DNA from: Spirochaetia bacterium
Lineage (GTDB): Bacteria; Spirochaetota; Spirochaetia; CADAEX01
Length of the DNA: 64,000 nucleotides
Assembly: GCA_963662265.2 (NCBI GenBank)
Contig: CAXXHA010000011.1
Coordinates: 96,001 to 160,000 of the forward strand
Direction: 5' to 3'
Shown here: positions 20,100 through 30,481 of the stretch, in pieces
How the letters are laid out: each line of letters begins with the position of its first letter
How positions within the stretch are numbered: position 1 is the stretch's first letter
Program-made: the position numbers and the translations under genes
The notes under the pieces: generated by a model
The model's input: only the letters and a program-made list of their open reading frames with translations
Databases searched by the model: none
What the model was told of the DNA's origin: nothing

Positions 20100-20750
20100 A
20101 TGAAAATAGCAGGTATTACAGATATTCACGGAGATTTGTCATTTCTGAAAAAAGCTGAAAATTATATCAGGAATGCGGATCTTGTACTTATTTCGGGCGA
20201 TATCACCCATTTCGGGGGAGAATCTGAAGCATCTGAAATTATTGATAAAATATCAGAAATAAACAGCCGGATATATGCTGTGTCTGGAAACTGCGATAAT
20301 CCGGAAATAGAAGACTATCTCAGGAGAAAAGGGCTCCTTCCTGAAGAAAGCAGGGCAGAAACAGAAAAATACGCATATGCGGTTTCCGGTACAGGAGGCT
20401 CCCTTCCAACTCCTGTCAAAACTCCCCATACAAGAGAGGAAAAAGAATTTGTTCATTTCTATGAGAACAAAGCAGGGAATGCTGAGATTGTAATATCACA
20501 CCAGCCACCATATAAGACATTTGCAGACAAGGTTATGGGGCATCTTCATACCGGGAGCAAGGCATTGAGATCCTATATTGACCAGATGAAACCTCTTCTA
20601 TGCCTGTGCGGCCATATTCATGAATCAAGCGGGAAAGAGTATTACGGAAATACCCTTGTCATAAACCCGGGCCCTTTCAAGGACGGGAAGATGGCTGTCA
20701 TAGAGATAACAGAAGAAGGCAGAGCAGAGGCTGATATAATTAATTTATAA
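20100..20750 (+). CDS. Calcineurin-like metallophosphoesterase
   Basis: TDIHG, SGDIT, GNCD, SHQPP, CGHIHE. Confidence 0.88.
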   Translation: MKIAGITDIHGDLSFLKKAENYIRNADLVLISGDITHFGGESEASEIIDKISEINSRIYAVSGNCDNPEIEDYLRRKGLLPEESRAETEKYAYAVSGTGGSLPTPVKTPHTREEKEFVHFYENKAGNAEIVISHQPPYKTFADKVMGHLHTGSKALRSYIDQMKPLLCLCGHIHESSGKEYYGNTLVINPGPFKDGKMAVIEITEEGRAEADIINL

Positions 20751-20773
20751 TTATATCAGTCTGAATAGAATTT

Positions 20774-21184
20774 CTATTCTCCTGAATAATGTCGCATTTT
20801 TTTAATTTCAGATCTAATTTTTTTACTCTTTATTCTTCTTTCACTTGAAGCTTTTGTCGGCCTGGTCGGGCGTCTTTTTCTTTGTTTCACCAGAGCCGCC
20901 ATAATCAGGGATACAGCTCTTTCCTCTGCAAGTTCCCTGTTCCTCCGCTGGCTTCTTTCCTCTGATGAGTGGATAACAAGTTCTCCGTCTGAATTTATTC
21001 TTTTGCTAAGTCTCAGGTTTATCACTTCCTTTTCTTCCGGGGAAACCGGCAGGCTTTCTACAGGTATTTTCAAGACAGTTTTTGTTGATGTCTTATTAAC
21101 ATTCTGTCCGCCCGGGCCTCCTGATCTTGCAAATGAGAAATCTCCGTATGTTTTTATCCACTGTTCAAGTGTTTCTCTGTTCAT
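20774..21184 (-). CDS. arfB: Alternative ribosome rescue peptidyl-tRNA hydrolase
   Basis: RSGGPGGQNVNK, RSQRRNR, basic C-terminal tail RRPTRPT. Confidence 0.92.
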   Translation of the reverse strand: MNRETLEQWIKTYGDFSFARSGGPGGQNVNKTSTKTVLKIPVESLPVSPEEKEVINLRLSKRINSDGELVIHSSEERSQRRNRELAEERAVSLIMAALVKQRKRRPTRPTKASSERRIKSKKIRSEIKKMRHYSGE

Positions 21185-21341
21185 TTACCTGTTTTCATCC
21201 TCTGCAAAACAGCAGTGATATAAGGGAATCCTTAAAAATATAATACAGGTTTATCGGGGAAAATTAAAACTTCATAAATAATTTATTTATCTTTAATATT
21301 ACACCTGTGATAAAATTATATCATTATTCAAGGGGGATTCC

Positions 21342-22325
21342 ATGACAAAACTCGACCGGCTTGCAGAACTTCTTAAAAAAGCGCCTGACGAGGTTTTTAT
21401 CCAGCCTCATAATGTGCCTGATCCTGATGCGCTTGCAAGTTCTTTTGCGCTCCAGGACCTTCTCCATCAGAAAGGGATTGAATCGGTAATTGTCTATGAA
21501 AACGAGGTTGAGAAGGCAAATTCGCTTAAAATGCTTGAGCTCTTCGGCATTAATATATTTCCTGCAGCAGAAGTTGCAACACTCGGGGAAGAGGACTGGA
21601 CTGTTCTTGTTGATGTTCAGAAGGGGAATTCAAATGTGACTGATCTAGTTACTGATGAGGTTGCGGTTATTGATCACCATGAGTATATGGGGAATAAAAA
21701 CTACCAGTTTGAGGATGTGAGACCTGAAGTCGGAGCCTGTTCAAGTATACTTGCTTCCTATTATTTTGAAAACAATCTTGAGATGTCAAGGAATACCGCA
21801 ACAGCTCTTCTTTACGGTATCTTCATGGATACAGATAACCTTACAAGGGGAGTATCTGTATTTGATATTGATATGTTCTACCGTCTCTACAGTCTTTCAA
21901 ACATAACCCATATTAGCGAGCTTAAAGGGAACCAGATAAGCAAGTCTGATTTACTGGATTATGCAAAAGCTTTCAGCTCAGTCGAGATATATGATGAGAT
22001 TGGATTTCTCTACCTTGATAATACAAATGATTCTCTTCTCGGGGCTGCAAGCGATATTGTCATAACAATAGCAGGGGTGAATGTTGTTGTCGCATATTCT
22101 CCCAGGGAAGGGGGGATAAAGTTCTCAACCCGCAGTATCAACAAAAATATAAAGGCGAATGATTTTATCAGGTTTATTCTAAAGGATACAGGATTCGGAG
22201 GGGGACACGATTCAATGGCAGGGGGATTCCTCCCCAGGGAAAACCTTGAAGAAAACAAGAGCCTCGATACATTTGTCAGGTACAGGGCTATATCATACCT
22301 TGATATGATAAAAAACAGGATTTAA
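21342..22325 (+). CDS. DHH/DHHA1 phosphoesterase (NrnA-like)
   Basis: HNVPDPDA, LVD, IDHH, GGGH. Confidence 0.88.
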   Translation: MTKLDRLAELLKKAPDEVFIQPHNVPDPDALASSFALQDLLHQKGIESVIVYENEVEKANSLKMLELFGINIFPAAEVATLGEEDWTVLVDVQKGNSNVTDLVTDEVAVIDHHEYMGNKNYQFEDVRPEVGACSSILASYYFENNLEMSRNTATALLYGIFMDTDNLTRGVSVFDIDMFYRLYSLSNITHISELKGNQISKSDLLDYAKAFSSVEIYDEIGFLYLDNTNDSLLGAASDIVITIAGVNVVVAYSPREGGIKFSTRSINKNIKANDFIRFILKDTGFGGGHDSMAGGFLPRENLEENKSLDTFVRYRAISYLDMIKNRI

Positions 22326-22370
22326 AAAATACCATACCAGCTATGCAGTTTTATCCATGATCCAGGATTT

Positions 22371-24125
22371 CTAAACTTCCTTGAACTGGTTGTAGATTAC
22401 AAGGATTTCAGGCAGTGTTTCCTTGAAGCAGGCAAGAATTTTCGGGTCAAAATGGCCTTTCATCTCGTTCTCCATTATGTTTAATGCTTCTTCAACTGAA
22501 AGTGCTTTTTTATATGGACGGGCAGATGTAAGTGCGTCAAACACATCAGCAATAGCTACAATTCTTCCTGCAAGGGGGATATCAGTGCCTTTGAGACCTT
22601 CCGGGTATCCGTGTCCGCTGAATTTTTCGTGATGCCCCCCTATGATATCTACTGCAGTCTGAAGAACTGACCGGGTCAGGATATTGTCAAGTCTGCTGTT
22701 CATATTCTCAATTACCTTTTTACCGGTATCTACATGGGTTTTCATGATGCTGAATTCGTCCCTGTCCAGCGGCCCCTCTTTTAAGAGTATTCTGTCCGGA
22801 ATCCCTATTTTCCCGATATCATGGAGAGGCGCGAACCATTTAATCTCCCTTATAAAACGGGGAGTTACTGTTTTATGTTTATTGTAATATTTCAAAGCTG
22901 TGAGATATGAATATTCAGTCATTCTCTTGATATGAAGAGATGTTTCATTGTCTTTTTCATGCATCAGCGTTATGAAGGAATTTGAAGTTTCTGCAATTAT
23001 TTCCTGAATAAGAAATTCGACATAGAGTTTCTGTTTCAATACACCTGCAATTCTGAGGGCAAACTCTGAATCAGATTCAGTGTATGCGTTTTCTTTAAGG
23101 CTTGAGATAAAAAGAAAACCGATGCACCTGTTCTGGAAAAACATCGGAACAGTCAGGCTTGACCTGATATTTTCCCTTAAAATATTCTGCGTTGATAATG
23201 AAACATCTCTGTTTGATGCATATTTTTCAAGATTGTTTATTATTCTTGGTGTCCTGTCTTTGAGAAGCTTATCAAGGCTGGTATCTGAAATTCTTTCAGT
23301 AAAGCCGGGCTGAAGATATATTGGCTGGTATGATGCATATGCTGTTTCTGCTATGACAGTATTGTGCTTATCAATAAAAGCAAGGGCTATCCTGTCGCAG
23401 CTTATTTCCTCTGAAATTTGTTTATATATGAATTTCAGGATATCATCGAGATTCCCGTGTATATCTATATCCTGTATTTTCCTGTCTCTTTCAATATTGG
23501 CTGTTATCCTTGTGAAAATGCTGCTGAAAATACCTGATTCCGCATAATTCTGCTGGCATGTTATTTTAGTTATCTTTTCTTTTTTCTGGAAATTCAGAAG
23601 ATTTTTTATATTCTCAAGGCCATTGATGAGATTCCTGAAAAAGCATGAAAATCTGTAGTTGAGAAAGAAAGTATATAAAGTAATTCCAAGTGCTGTTAAA
23701 AGTGTAGCAGAAGAAATAATAAACAGAAAATGAAAATTTCCTACTCTCTTGCTGTTTATACTGTCAAGAAGACTTGCAGCTGTTTTGGAAATCTCCCTTA
23801 TATATTCATCCCTTTCCCTGCTGTTTGAGTAATCAGGTTTGTTTAAATTGAAATTAATATCCAGAATTTCAGATATTTTTTCTATTTTGATATCAAGATT
23901 ATTGTATTGAATTATTACTTCATCTGTAACTGCAGTATTTTTATTAAGAGATTTGATAAGGCTGTTCAATTCCTTATATGTTTCCCGTTTTACAGTTTCA
24001 AGTTTATTTGTATGAAAGTAATTTACGACAGAAAATGATAATGGGAGAACAATAAAAACAAGGAGAAGAATATGAAGGATAAAGAGAATTCTGATACTTG
24101 ATTTTATACTGATAATTTTTTTCAT
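22371..24125 (-). CDS. Membrane-anchored GAF plus HD-GYP cyclic-dinucleotide phosphodiesterase
   Basis: Two N-terminal TM helices; GAF-like middle (SSLTVPM..CIGFL); LHDIGK, HHEK, GYP, ADVFDALT. Confidence 0.88.
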   Translation of the reverse strand: MKKIISIKSSIRILFILHILLLVFIVLPLSFSVVNYFHTNKLETVKRETYKELNSLIKSLNKNTAVTDEVIIQYNNLDIKIEKISEILDINFNLNKPDYSNSRERDEYIREISKTAASLLDSINSKRVGNFHFLFIISSATLLTALGITLYTFFLNYRFSCFFRNLINGLENIKNLLNFQKKEKITKITCQQNYAESGIFSSIFTRITANIERDRKIQDIDIHGNLDDILKFIYKQISEEISCDRIALAFIDKHNTVIAETAYASYQPIYLQPGFTERISDTSLDKLLKDRTPRIINNLEKYASNRDVSLSTQNILRENIRSSLTVPMFFQNRCIGFLFISSLKENAYTESDSEFALRIAGVLKQKLYVEFLIQEIIAETSNSFITLMHEKDNETSLHIKRMTEYSYLTALKYYNKHKTVTPRFIREIKWFAPLHDIGKIGIPDRILLKEGPLDRDEFSIMKTHVDTGKKVIENMNSRLDNILTRSVLQTAVDIIGGHHEKFSGHGYPEGLKGTDIPLAGRIVAIADVFDALTSARPYKKALSVEEALNIMENEMKGHFDPKILACFKETLPEILVIYNQFKEV

Positions 24126-24214
24126 TTATGATCAACATCTCCATAAATAAATTATTAAGTTGTTTAAATAATGAAAAAAGATTTTTAAAAGAAGTTATTT
24201 TTAAATGTAAACAT

Positions 24215-24242
24215 AAAAAAACCCCGGAATAATTTCCGGGGT
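24215..24242 (-). terminator. Terminator downstream of tRNA-Phe
   Basis: ACCCCGGAA...TTCCGGGGT stem followed by a T-run on the minus strand. Confidence 0.75.
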
Positions 24243-24248
24243 GATTGA

Positions 24249-24321
<73 letters not shown>

Positions 24322-24781
24322 GATCACGTTGATAGTTATATATTTATCCGAAAAAAATGTCAATCAGCTGTGAAAAAAAAATTAAATAAATGTTTATACA
24401 GTTAATATTAAGAACTGTATTTAAAGTATATACTGCAATGAGTTATCAGTATAAATATTTTTACAGGCAGTTCTTCCTGGTGATTTTTTCCGTGGGAAAC
24501 ATATGCATCAGATTCAATGTAAATACATCACAGGATAGAAGTAATTATTATCAACACATAAGGGTGATTCTCTTGAAAAGATTATTCATTATATATAATA
24601 TCTAAAGTTATTATTAAAGTAATTTAGTAATTGTAAAATATTTCCGTGACATTAATCAGTTGATGCCGGATAACAGAAAATATTAAAAAAAGGCGGCAGC
24701 CGAAGATGCTGATAAACAGGTGGAAGGCCTGATAAATACAGCCGGTAAAAATAACTGCCGTGAATTGCTCAGGAGGCTATT

Positions 24782-27700
24782 TTGTATAAACCAGTGGATC
24801 CCAAAGTTAATTTTCCTCAGATGGAAGAAAATATACTTGAATTCTGGCAGAAACAGGGGATTTTCAAGAAATCAATTGAACAGAGAGAGGGATGTGATGA
24901 ATATGTATTCTATGACGGACCTCCGTTTGCAACAGGTCTCCCTCATTTCGGACATTTCGTACCCGGTACAGTAAAAGATATCTATCCAAGATATCAGACA
25001 ATGAAGGGCAAGAAAGTAGACAGAAGATTCGGATGGGACTGTCACGGTCTTCCTGTAGAATATGAAATGGAAAAAGAACTCGGTATTTCCGGTAAGACTG
25101 AAATTGAAAAATTCGGCGTTGCGAAATTCAATGAATCATGCCGGTCAATCGTTTTAAGATATACAAAAGAATGGGAAAACATTGTTACCAGAATGGGTAG
25201 ATGGGTTGATTTTGAAAACGACTACAAGACAATGAATCCCGACTACATGGAATCAATCTGGTGGGTTGTAAAGCAGCTCTGGGACAAGGGACTCATGTAT
25301 GAAGGTTACTATATCCTTCCTTACTGCCCCAGGTGTTCTACAGTTCTTTCAAACCATGAGCTTAACCTCGGAGGATACAAGGAAGTACATGATCCTGCTA
25401 TTACAATCAAGTTCAAGGCAGACGGAGAGGATAATACATATTTCCTCGCATGGACAACAACTCCATGGACGCTTCCTTCAAACCTTGCGCTTGCTGTTGG
25501 GAACGATGTTGAATATGTGAAAGTAGCTGACAGCGGCGAAAACTATATCATGGCTAAAGACAGACTCTCTGCATACTACAAGAATGAAGATGAATACACT
25601 TTAGTATGGACAAAGAAAGGATCCGAGCTTCTCGGTATGAGCTATGAGCCTCTTTTCCCTTATTTTGCAGATGCAAAGGAAAAAGGTGCATTCAGGGTAT
25701 TTGCAGCAGACTATGTAACAACAGAAGATGGTACAGGTATTGTTCACACAGCTCCGGGCTTCGGTGAAGATGACTATGCAACTCTTAAAGGTACAGGTAT
25801 TCCTACAGTATGTCCGATAGACGGTGAATGTAAGTTTACTGATGAAGTAGCTGACTATGAAGGCAGATTTGTTAAAGACTGTGACAAGGATATTATCAAG
25901 AGACTCAAGGAAGAAGGCAAGCTGATCTTAAGACAGCAGTATCTTCATAACTATCCTCACTGCTGGAGATGCTCATCTCCTCTTATCTACAGGGCAATCT
26001 CTTCATGGTTTGTCGATATCGACAAGATCAAACAGAAGATGCTTGATGCAAACCAGGAAATATACTGGATGCCGGGACACCTCAAGGACGGAAGGTTCGG
26101 AAAGTGGCTCGAAGGGGCAAGAGACTGGGCAATTTCCAGAAACAGGTACTGGGGTAACCCGATCCCTGTATGGAAGTGCGACAGCTGCAATGAAACAGAC
26201 TGTCTCGGTTCACGTGCAGAGCTTGAAGAAAAGACAGGAAAGAAGGTTGATGACCTTCATAAACATATAATCGATGATCTTACATATGAGTGTAAGTGCG
26301 GCGGAACAATGAAGAGAGTTCCGGAAGTTCTTGACTGCTGGTTTGAGTCAGGTTCAATGCCTTATGCCCAGGTTCATTATCCGTTTGAAAACAAGGAGCA
26401 TTTTGAGAGTCATTTCCCTGCAGACTTTATCTGTGAAGGTCTTGACCAGACAAGGGGATGGTTCTACACACTTACAATTCTTGCAGCAGCTATCTTTGAC
26501 AAGCCTGCTTTCAAGAATGTTGTTGTAAACGGACTTGTTCTTGCAGAAGACGGAAAAAAGATGTCAAAGTCTGCAAGAAACTACTCAGACCCTGTTGAAG
26601 TTATCAACCAGTACGGTGCAGATGCCTTAAGGTTCCTCCTTACAAACTCAGGTATTGTAAGGGCTGAAGACTTGAGATACTCGGATGAAAGTGTCAAGGA
26701 TATTCTGAAGTCAATAATTATCCCGATATGGAACGCATACAGCTTTTTTGTAACATATGCAAATATCGACAACATTAAAGTTACTGATGCTCCTTCAAAT
26801 CCTTCAAATCCTCTGGATCAGTGGATACTGAGTGAAGCTGAAAAGCTTACACAGGAAGTAACAGATTACCTTGAAGCTTATGATATTCACAGGGCAAACA
26901 CATGCTTTATCAATTTTATAGATCTTCTTAACAACTGGTATATAAGAAGATCAAGAAGAAGATTCTGGAAATCAGAAAATGACCTTGACAAGGACCAGGC
27001 ATACCAGACTCTGTACTCTGTTCTCATGAAGTACATAAAACTGGCATGTCCTGTAATACCTTTTATTACAGAGGAGATCTACCAGAACCTGAGAACTGAT
27101 TCAATGCCTGAATCAATTCACCTGTGCGACTATCCTGTTGCTGATGCATCTGTAAGAGATGAGGCTCTCGAAAAGAAGATGGAAGTTACTCAGCATGCAG
27201 TATCAATGGGCAGAGCATTGAGAGCAAACTTCTCACTCAAGATAAGACAGCCGCTCAAGGCTATCTACCTTGTAACAAGGGATGCCGAGGAAAAAACAAT
27301 TCTCAAAGAGATGGAAGGAATTATTTCCGAAGAGCTCAATGTCAAGGAAGTTGTAATCAGGGACAATGAGGAAGAGCTTGTTGAATACGAAGCCAAGGCA
27401 AACTTCAGAGTCCTGGGTAAAGTTCTCGGAAAGAGTATGAAAGCAGGCGCTGCAAAGATTGAAGAGCTTTCAATGGACGAAATCAAGTCTCTCCTTGACG
27501 GCGCTACACTTTCAATTGATATTGACGGTGCAAGCTATGATATTACAAGTGAAAGCATTGTTGTTCAGAGAAACGAGAAGGAAAACCTTAAAGTACTGAA
27601 TGAAGGGTCGCTTACAATCGGTCTTGATACAGAACTCACAGATGCTCTCAGGCAGGAAGGGGTTGTAAGAGACCTGGTGAGAAATATTCAGAGCCTCAGA

Positions 27701-27901
27701 AAAGATTCAGGGCTTGATGTATCAGACAGAATAAAGCTCTGCATCTCAGGTGCTGATGAAATAAGGGCTTCAGTAGACAGCCACGAAGAGTATATGAAGA
27801 ATGAGACTCTTACAGTTGAGTGGGACTGGAAAGAAGCTGATAATGCCAAAGAATTTGAATGCGGTGACTACAGTTGCAAGATAGCGCTGGAAAAAGTATA
27901 A
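24782..27901 (+). CDS. ileS: Isoleucine--tRNA ligase, type 2 (archaeal/eukaryote-like)
   Basis: DGPPFATGLPHFGH, WTTTPWTLP, KMSKS, long C-terminus; TTG start with SD AGGAGG. Confidence 0.97.
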   Translation: MYKPVDPKVNFPQMEENILEFWQKQGIFKKSIEQREGCDEYVFYDGPPFATGLPHFGHFVPGTVKDIYPRYQTMKGKKVDRRFGWDCHGLPVEYEMEKELGISGKTEIEKFGVAKFNESCRSIVLRYTKEWENIVTRMGRWVDFENDYKTMNPDYMESIWWVVKQLWDKGLMYEGYYILPYCPRCSTVLSNHELNLGGYKEVHDPAITIKFKADGEDNTYFLAWTTTPWTLPSNLALAVGNDVEYVKVADSGENYIMAKDRLSAYYKNEDEYTLVWTKKGSELLGMSYEPLFPYFADAKEKGAFRVFAADYVTTEDGTGIVHTAPGFGEDDYATLKGTGIPTVCPIDGECKFTDEVADYEGRFVKDCDKDIIKRLKEEGKLILRQQYLHNYPHCWRCSSPLIYRAISSWFVDIDKIKQKMLDANQEIYWMPGHLKDGRFGKWLEGARDWAISRNRYWGNPIPVWKCDSCNETDCLGSRAELEEKTGKKVDDLHKHIIDDLTYECKCGGTMKRVPEVLDCWFESGSMPYAQVHYPFENKEHFESHFPADFICEGLDQTRGWFYTLTILAAAIFDKPAFKNVVVNGLVLAEDGKKMSKSARNYSDPVEVINQYGADALRFLLTNSGIVRAEDLRYSDESVKDILKSIIIPIWNAYSFFVTYANIDNIKVTDAPSNPSNPLDQWILSEAEKLTQEVTDYLEAYDIHRANTCFINFIDLLNNWYIRRSRRRFWKSENDLDKDQAYQTLYSVLMKYIKLACPVIPFITEEIYQNLRTDSMPESIHLCDYPVADASVRDEALEKKMEVTQHAVSMGRALRANFSLKIRQPLKAIYLVTRDAEEKTILKEMEGIISEELNVKEVVIRDNEEELVEYEAKANFRVLGKVLGKSMKAGAAKIEELSMDEIKSLLDGATLSIDIDGASYDITSESIVVQRNEKENLKVLNEGSLTIGLDTELTDALRQEGVVRDLVRNIQSLRKDSGLDVSDRIKLCISGADEIRASVDSHEEYMKNETLTVEWDWKEADNAKEFECGDYSCKIALEKV

Positions 27902-28824
27902 GACTTATAAAAGCTGCCGGAAAGTATCTCAGGGCTGCAGCTGAGGCAAATGCCTTATATGCAGTTCTGCTGTCTTTAATAATTTTAAGCAGCTGTACAT
28001 CATTGAAAGACAGTTATAAAGCAGCCCCCTACAGTTCATTACCGGGGGGCTGTCTTTTTTATTTTGCCCTTGATCCTGTTATTCTTCCGCTTGATGAGGT
28101 GGAAGACAGCATAAGGCCTCTTCTTGAGAGAACAGAAGAAATAACAGGGGGAGCGATCCGGGGTGAATATTATCTCCTTTTAAGAGGGAGTTACCCGGAT
28201 ACTTTTGCTGAGAAAAGGATTTCTGAAACTGCCGGGTGGCTGAAAGGTGATTGTAATCACTGTTACCATAATGAAGATAGAAATATTTCCCTCTTTTTTG
28301 CAAGGAATAATCATATTTTTGTTTCAAATTACATGAATCCTGAATCTGGTGATAAACCGATTCAAAAGATCTATGATAATTATAAAAGAAGAAACAAAGA
28401 TGATATTGCAGATTCTTTTCCATCTGAATATTTTACAAACAGGGACAGGAGCAATCTGTTTCAGTTTTATTCAGAAAAAGGATCAGATATTGTTCCTGTT
28501 TTAAATGAAAGAAGGCTGGAATCTCCCGGAATAGGTGCTGTTGAAATAGTCCTGAAAGAATCAGTTTCTGATAAGAGGGAATTCATGTTTGAAAGCATAC
28601 TTTCTTTTTCTTCTGAGAAGGAGGCAGGTAGATACTCACCTGCATTGAAACTTGTGCTTCTTGATCTGATACGAAAAGAGGATTCCGGGTATAAAGCGGC
28701 AAACGGGAGAAGGTTTTCTGTTGTAAAGGATGAGAATATTTTAAGAGTTTCTGATATAATTGTTTCAGACAGGGTAACAGGCAGGTTTTTCAATAAAATT
28801 ATCCATACACCCCTCAGTAAATAG
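27874..28824 (+). CDS. Hypothetical lipoprotein (start uncertain)
   Basis: Long ORF; hydrophobic stretch and lipobox ILSSC at about residue 41. Confidence 0.65.
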   Translation: MQDSAGKSIRLIKAAGKYLRAAAEANALYAVLLSLIILSSCTSLKDSYKAAPYSSLPGGCLFYFALDPVILPLDEVEDSIRPLLERTEEITGGAIRGEYYLLLRGSYPDTFAEKRISETAGWLKGDCNHCYHNEDRNISLFFARNNHIFVSNYMNPESGDKPIQKIYDNYKRRNKDDIADSFPSEYFTNRDRSNLFQFYSEKGSDIVPVLNERRLESPGIGAVEIVLKESVSDKREFMFESILSFSSEKEAGRYSPALKLVLLDLIRKEDSGYKAANGRRFSVVKDENILRVSDIIVSDRVTGRFFNKIIHTPLSK

Positions 28825-28965
28825 AGGATTATTACCCCGCTTACAAACGGGGGGATGTGGTTCTGAACTGAAATTTCTAAAATTATGTAGCAAGATCCGG
28901 GTTATTAAACCGCCACAGGCGGGGATCTAAAACCCTTCTTGCGAATAAAAAGGACAGGTATTCTG

Positions 28966-29574
28966 ATGAAAATTGGCGTGGTTGATTATGAGGCCGGGAA
29001 TTTAAGGAGTGTTGAAACAGTTCTTAAACACCTGGGAGCTGATTATATTATTTCAAACGATACTGATTTACTTTACAAGAGTGATAAGGTAATTTTTCCG
29101 GGTGTCGGAGAGGCAAGTTCCGCAATGTCAGTGCTCAAGAGGGATTCACTTGATGATTTTCTTAAAAGCTATGCAAAGACAGGGAAGCTTATTCTCGGTA
29201 TATGCCTGGGAAGCCAGATAATTCTTGACAGATCTGAAGAAGGCCCTGTTGACTGCCTTTCTCTTATCCCGGGAAATGTTGTTTCGTTTAAAAAGGAGAT
29301 GGGGCTGAAAATTCCTCAGATCGGATGGAACAGCGTTAAATCAGAAAAAGATCATTTTCTTTTCAAGGGGATTCCCGAAGGTTCATCCTTCTATTTTGTA
29401 CACTCATACTACACCGATGTTGAGGAAACGTATTCGATCGGAAAGACTGATTACGGTATCACATTTTCATCTGCACTTGCTAAAGACAATGTGTCTGCTG
29501 TACAGTTCCATCCGGAAAAGTCAGGCCGTCACGGCATAAAGCTTATTGACAACTTCCTTAAGGAGGAAAAATAG
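28966..29574 (+). CDS. hisH: Imidazole glycerol phosphate synthase, glutaminase subunit
   Basis: DYEAGNLRS, PGVG, GICLG, YFVHSY, QFHPEKS. Confidence 0.95.
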   Translation: MKIGVVDYEAGNLRSVETVLKHLGADYIISNDTDLLYKSDKVIFPGVGEASSAMSVLKRDSLDDFLKSYAKTGKLILGICLGSQIILDRSEEGPVDCLSLIPGNVVSFKKEMGLKIPQIGWNSVKSEKDHFLFKGIPEGSSFYFVHSYYTDVEETYSIGKTDYGITFSSALAKDNVSAVQFHPEKSGRHGIKLIDNFLKEEK

Positions 29575-30345
29575 ATGCTTAAGAAAAGAGTGATTGTATG
29601 CCTCGATGTAAGGGACGGTAAAACAACTAAGGGAATTAAATTCAAGGGAAATATTGATATAGGTGACCCTGTGGAGATGGCTGAAAAGTATTATCTCGAA
29701 GGTGTTGATGAGCTTGTATTCTATGATATTACAGCCTCTGCCGAGAAGCGGGGGATAATGCTTGATGTTGTTGAAAAAGTCGCTGAGAAGATCTTTATTC
29801 CGTTTTCGGTAGGCGGTGGGATTGCTTCAGTTGCAGATATGAGAAGCGTTCTTCTTGCAGGTGCTGAGAAAATCAGCGTTAATTCACAGGCTGTGAAAAA
29901 TCCTTCAATTATTGAAGAGGGTGCATCTGTATACGGCAGGCAGTGCATAGTCCTTGGTATGGATGCATTATACGATGAATCAATGCCTTCCAGATACAGG
30001 ATTGTAATAAACGGCGGAAGAACTCCAACAGAACTCGATGCTCTTGAATGGGCCTTAAAGGCCGAGAAGCTTGGAGCGGGGGAGATTGTTCTCAACTCAA
30101 TTGATGCGGATGGTACAAAAGACGGGTATAATATTCATCTCACAAGAATGATGAGTGAAGCACTCAACATACCTGTTGTAGCTTCAGGCGGAGCAGGCAA
30201 GCCTGTCCATCTGAGGGATGTATTTACAGAGGGCAAGGCCGATGCTGCGCTTATTGCCTCAATGGTCCATTTCGGAGAGTACAGTCTTAAGGAAATCAAG
30301 GATTATCTTGACAGGGAAAATGTTCCTGTAAGACTTGACTGGTAA
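29575..30345 (+). CDS. hisF: Imidazole glycerol phosphate synthase, cyclase subunit
   Basis: [29 protein letters not shown]. Confidence 0.96.
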   Translation: MLKKRVIVCLDVRDGKTTKGIKFKGNIDIGDPVEMAEKYYLEGVDELVFYDITASAEKRGIMLDVVEKVAEKIFIPFSVGGGIASVADMRSVLLAGAEKISVNSQAVKNPSIIEEGASVYGRQCIVLGMDALYDESMPSRYRIVINGGRTPTELDALEWALKAEKLGAGEIVLNSIDADGTKDGYNIHLTRMMSEALNIPVVASGGAGKPVHLRDVFTEGKADAALIASMVHFGEYSLKEIKDYLDRENVPVRLDW

Positions 30346-30437
30346 ATACCGGGTTTCAGTTTTAATAAAAGCTTTAATAGTAAAGGCTCTTTAAGTTAAT
30401 AATCGTCGAAGTAAAACAATATTTTTATATTGTTCTG

Positions 30438-30481
30438 ATTTTAACAGTTATCTTGTCATAAACTGTTAAAATATATATATT
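30438..30481 (+). promoter_or_regulatory. Promoter overlapped by a 12-bp inverted repeat (putative operator)
   Basis: ATTTTAACAGTT-N11-AACTGTTAAAAT flanks TTGTCA (30453-58); TATATT lies 17 bp downstream. Confidence 0.5.

Noticed and set aside
18879-20750. Complete type II restriction-modification system
   Set aside because: No endonuclease-like ORF is adjacent; the neighbour is a calcineurin-like phosphoesterase
24690-24781. Canonical T-box riboswitch upstream of ileS
   Set aside because: AGGTGGAAGG only loosely resembles GGTGGNACC, UGGA does not match the tRNA-Ile ACCA end, and no Stem I or terminator is evident; kept only as an unknown structured leader
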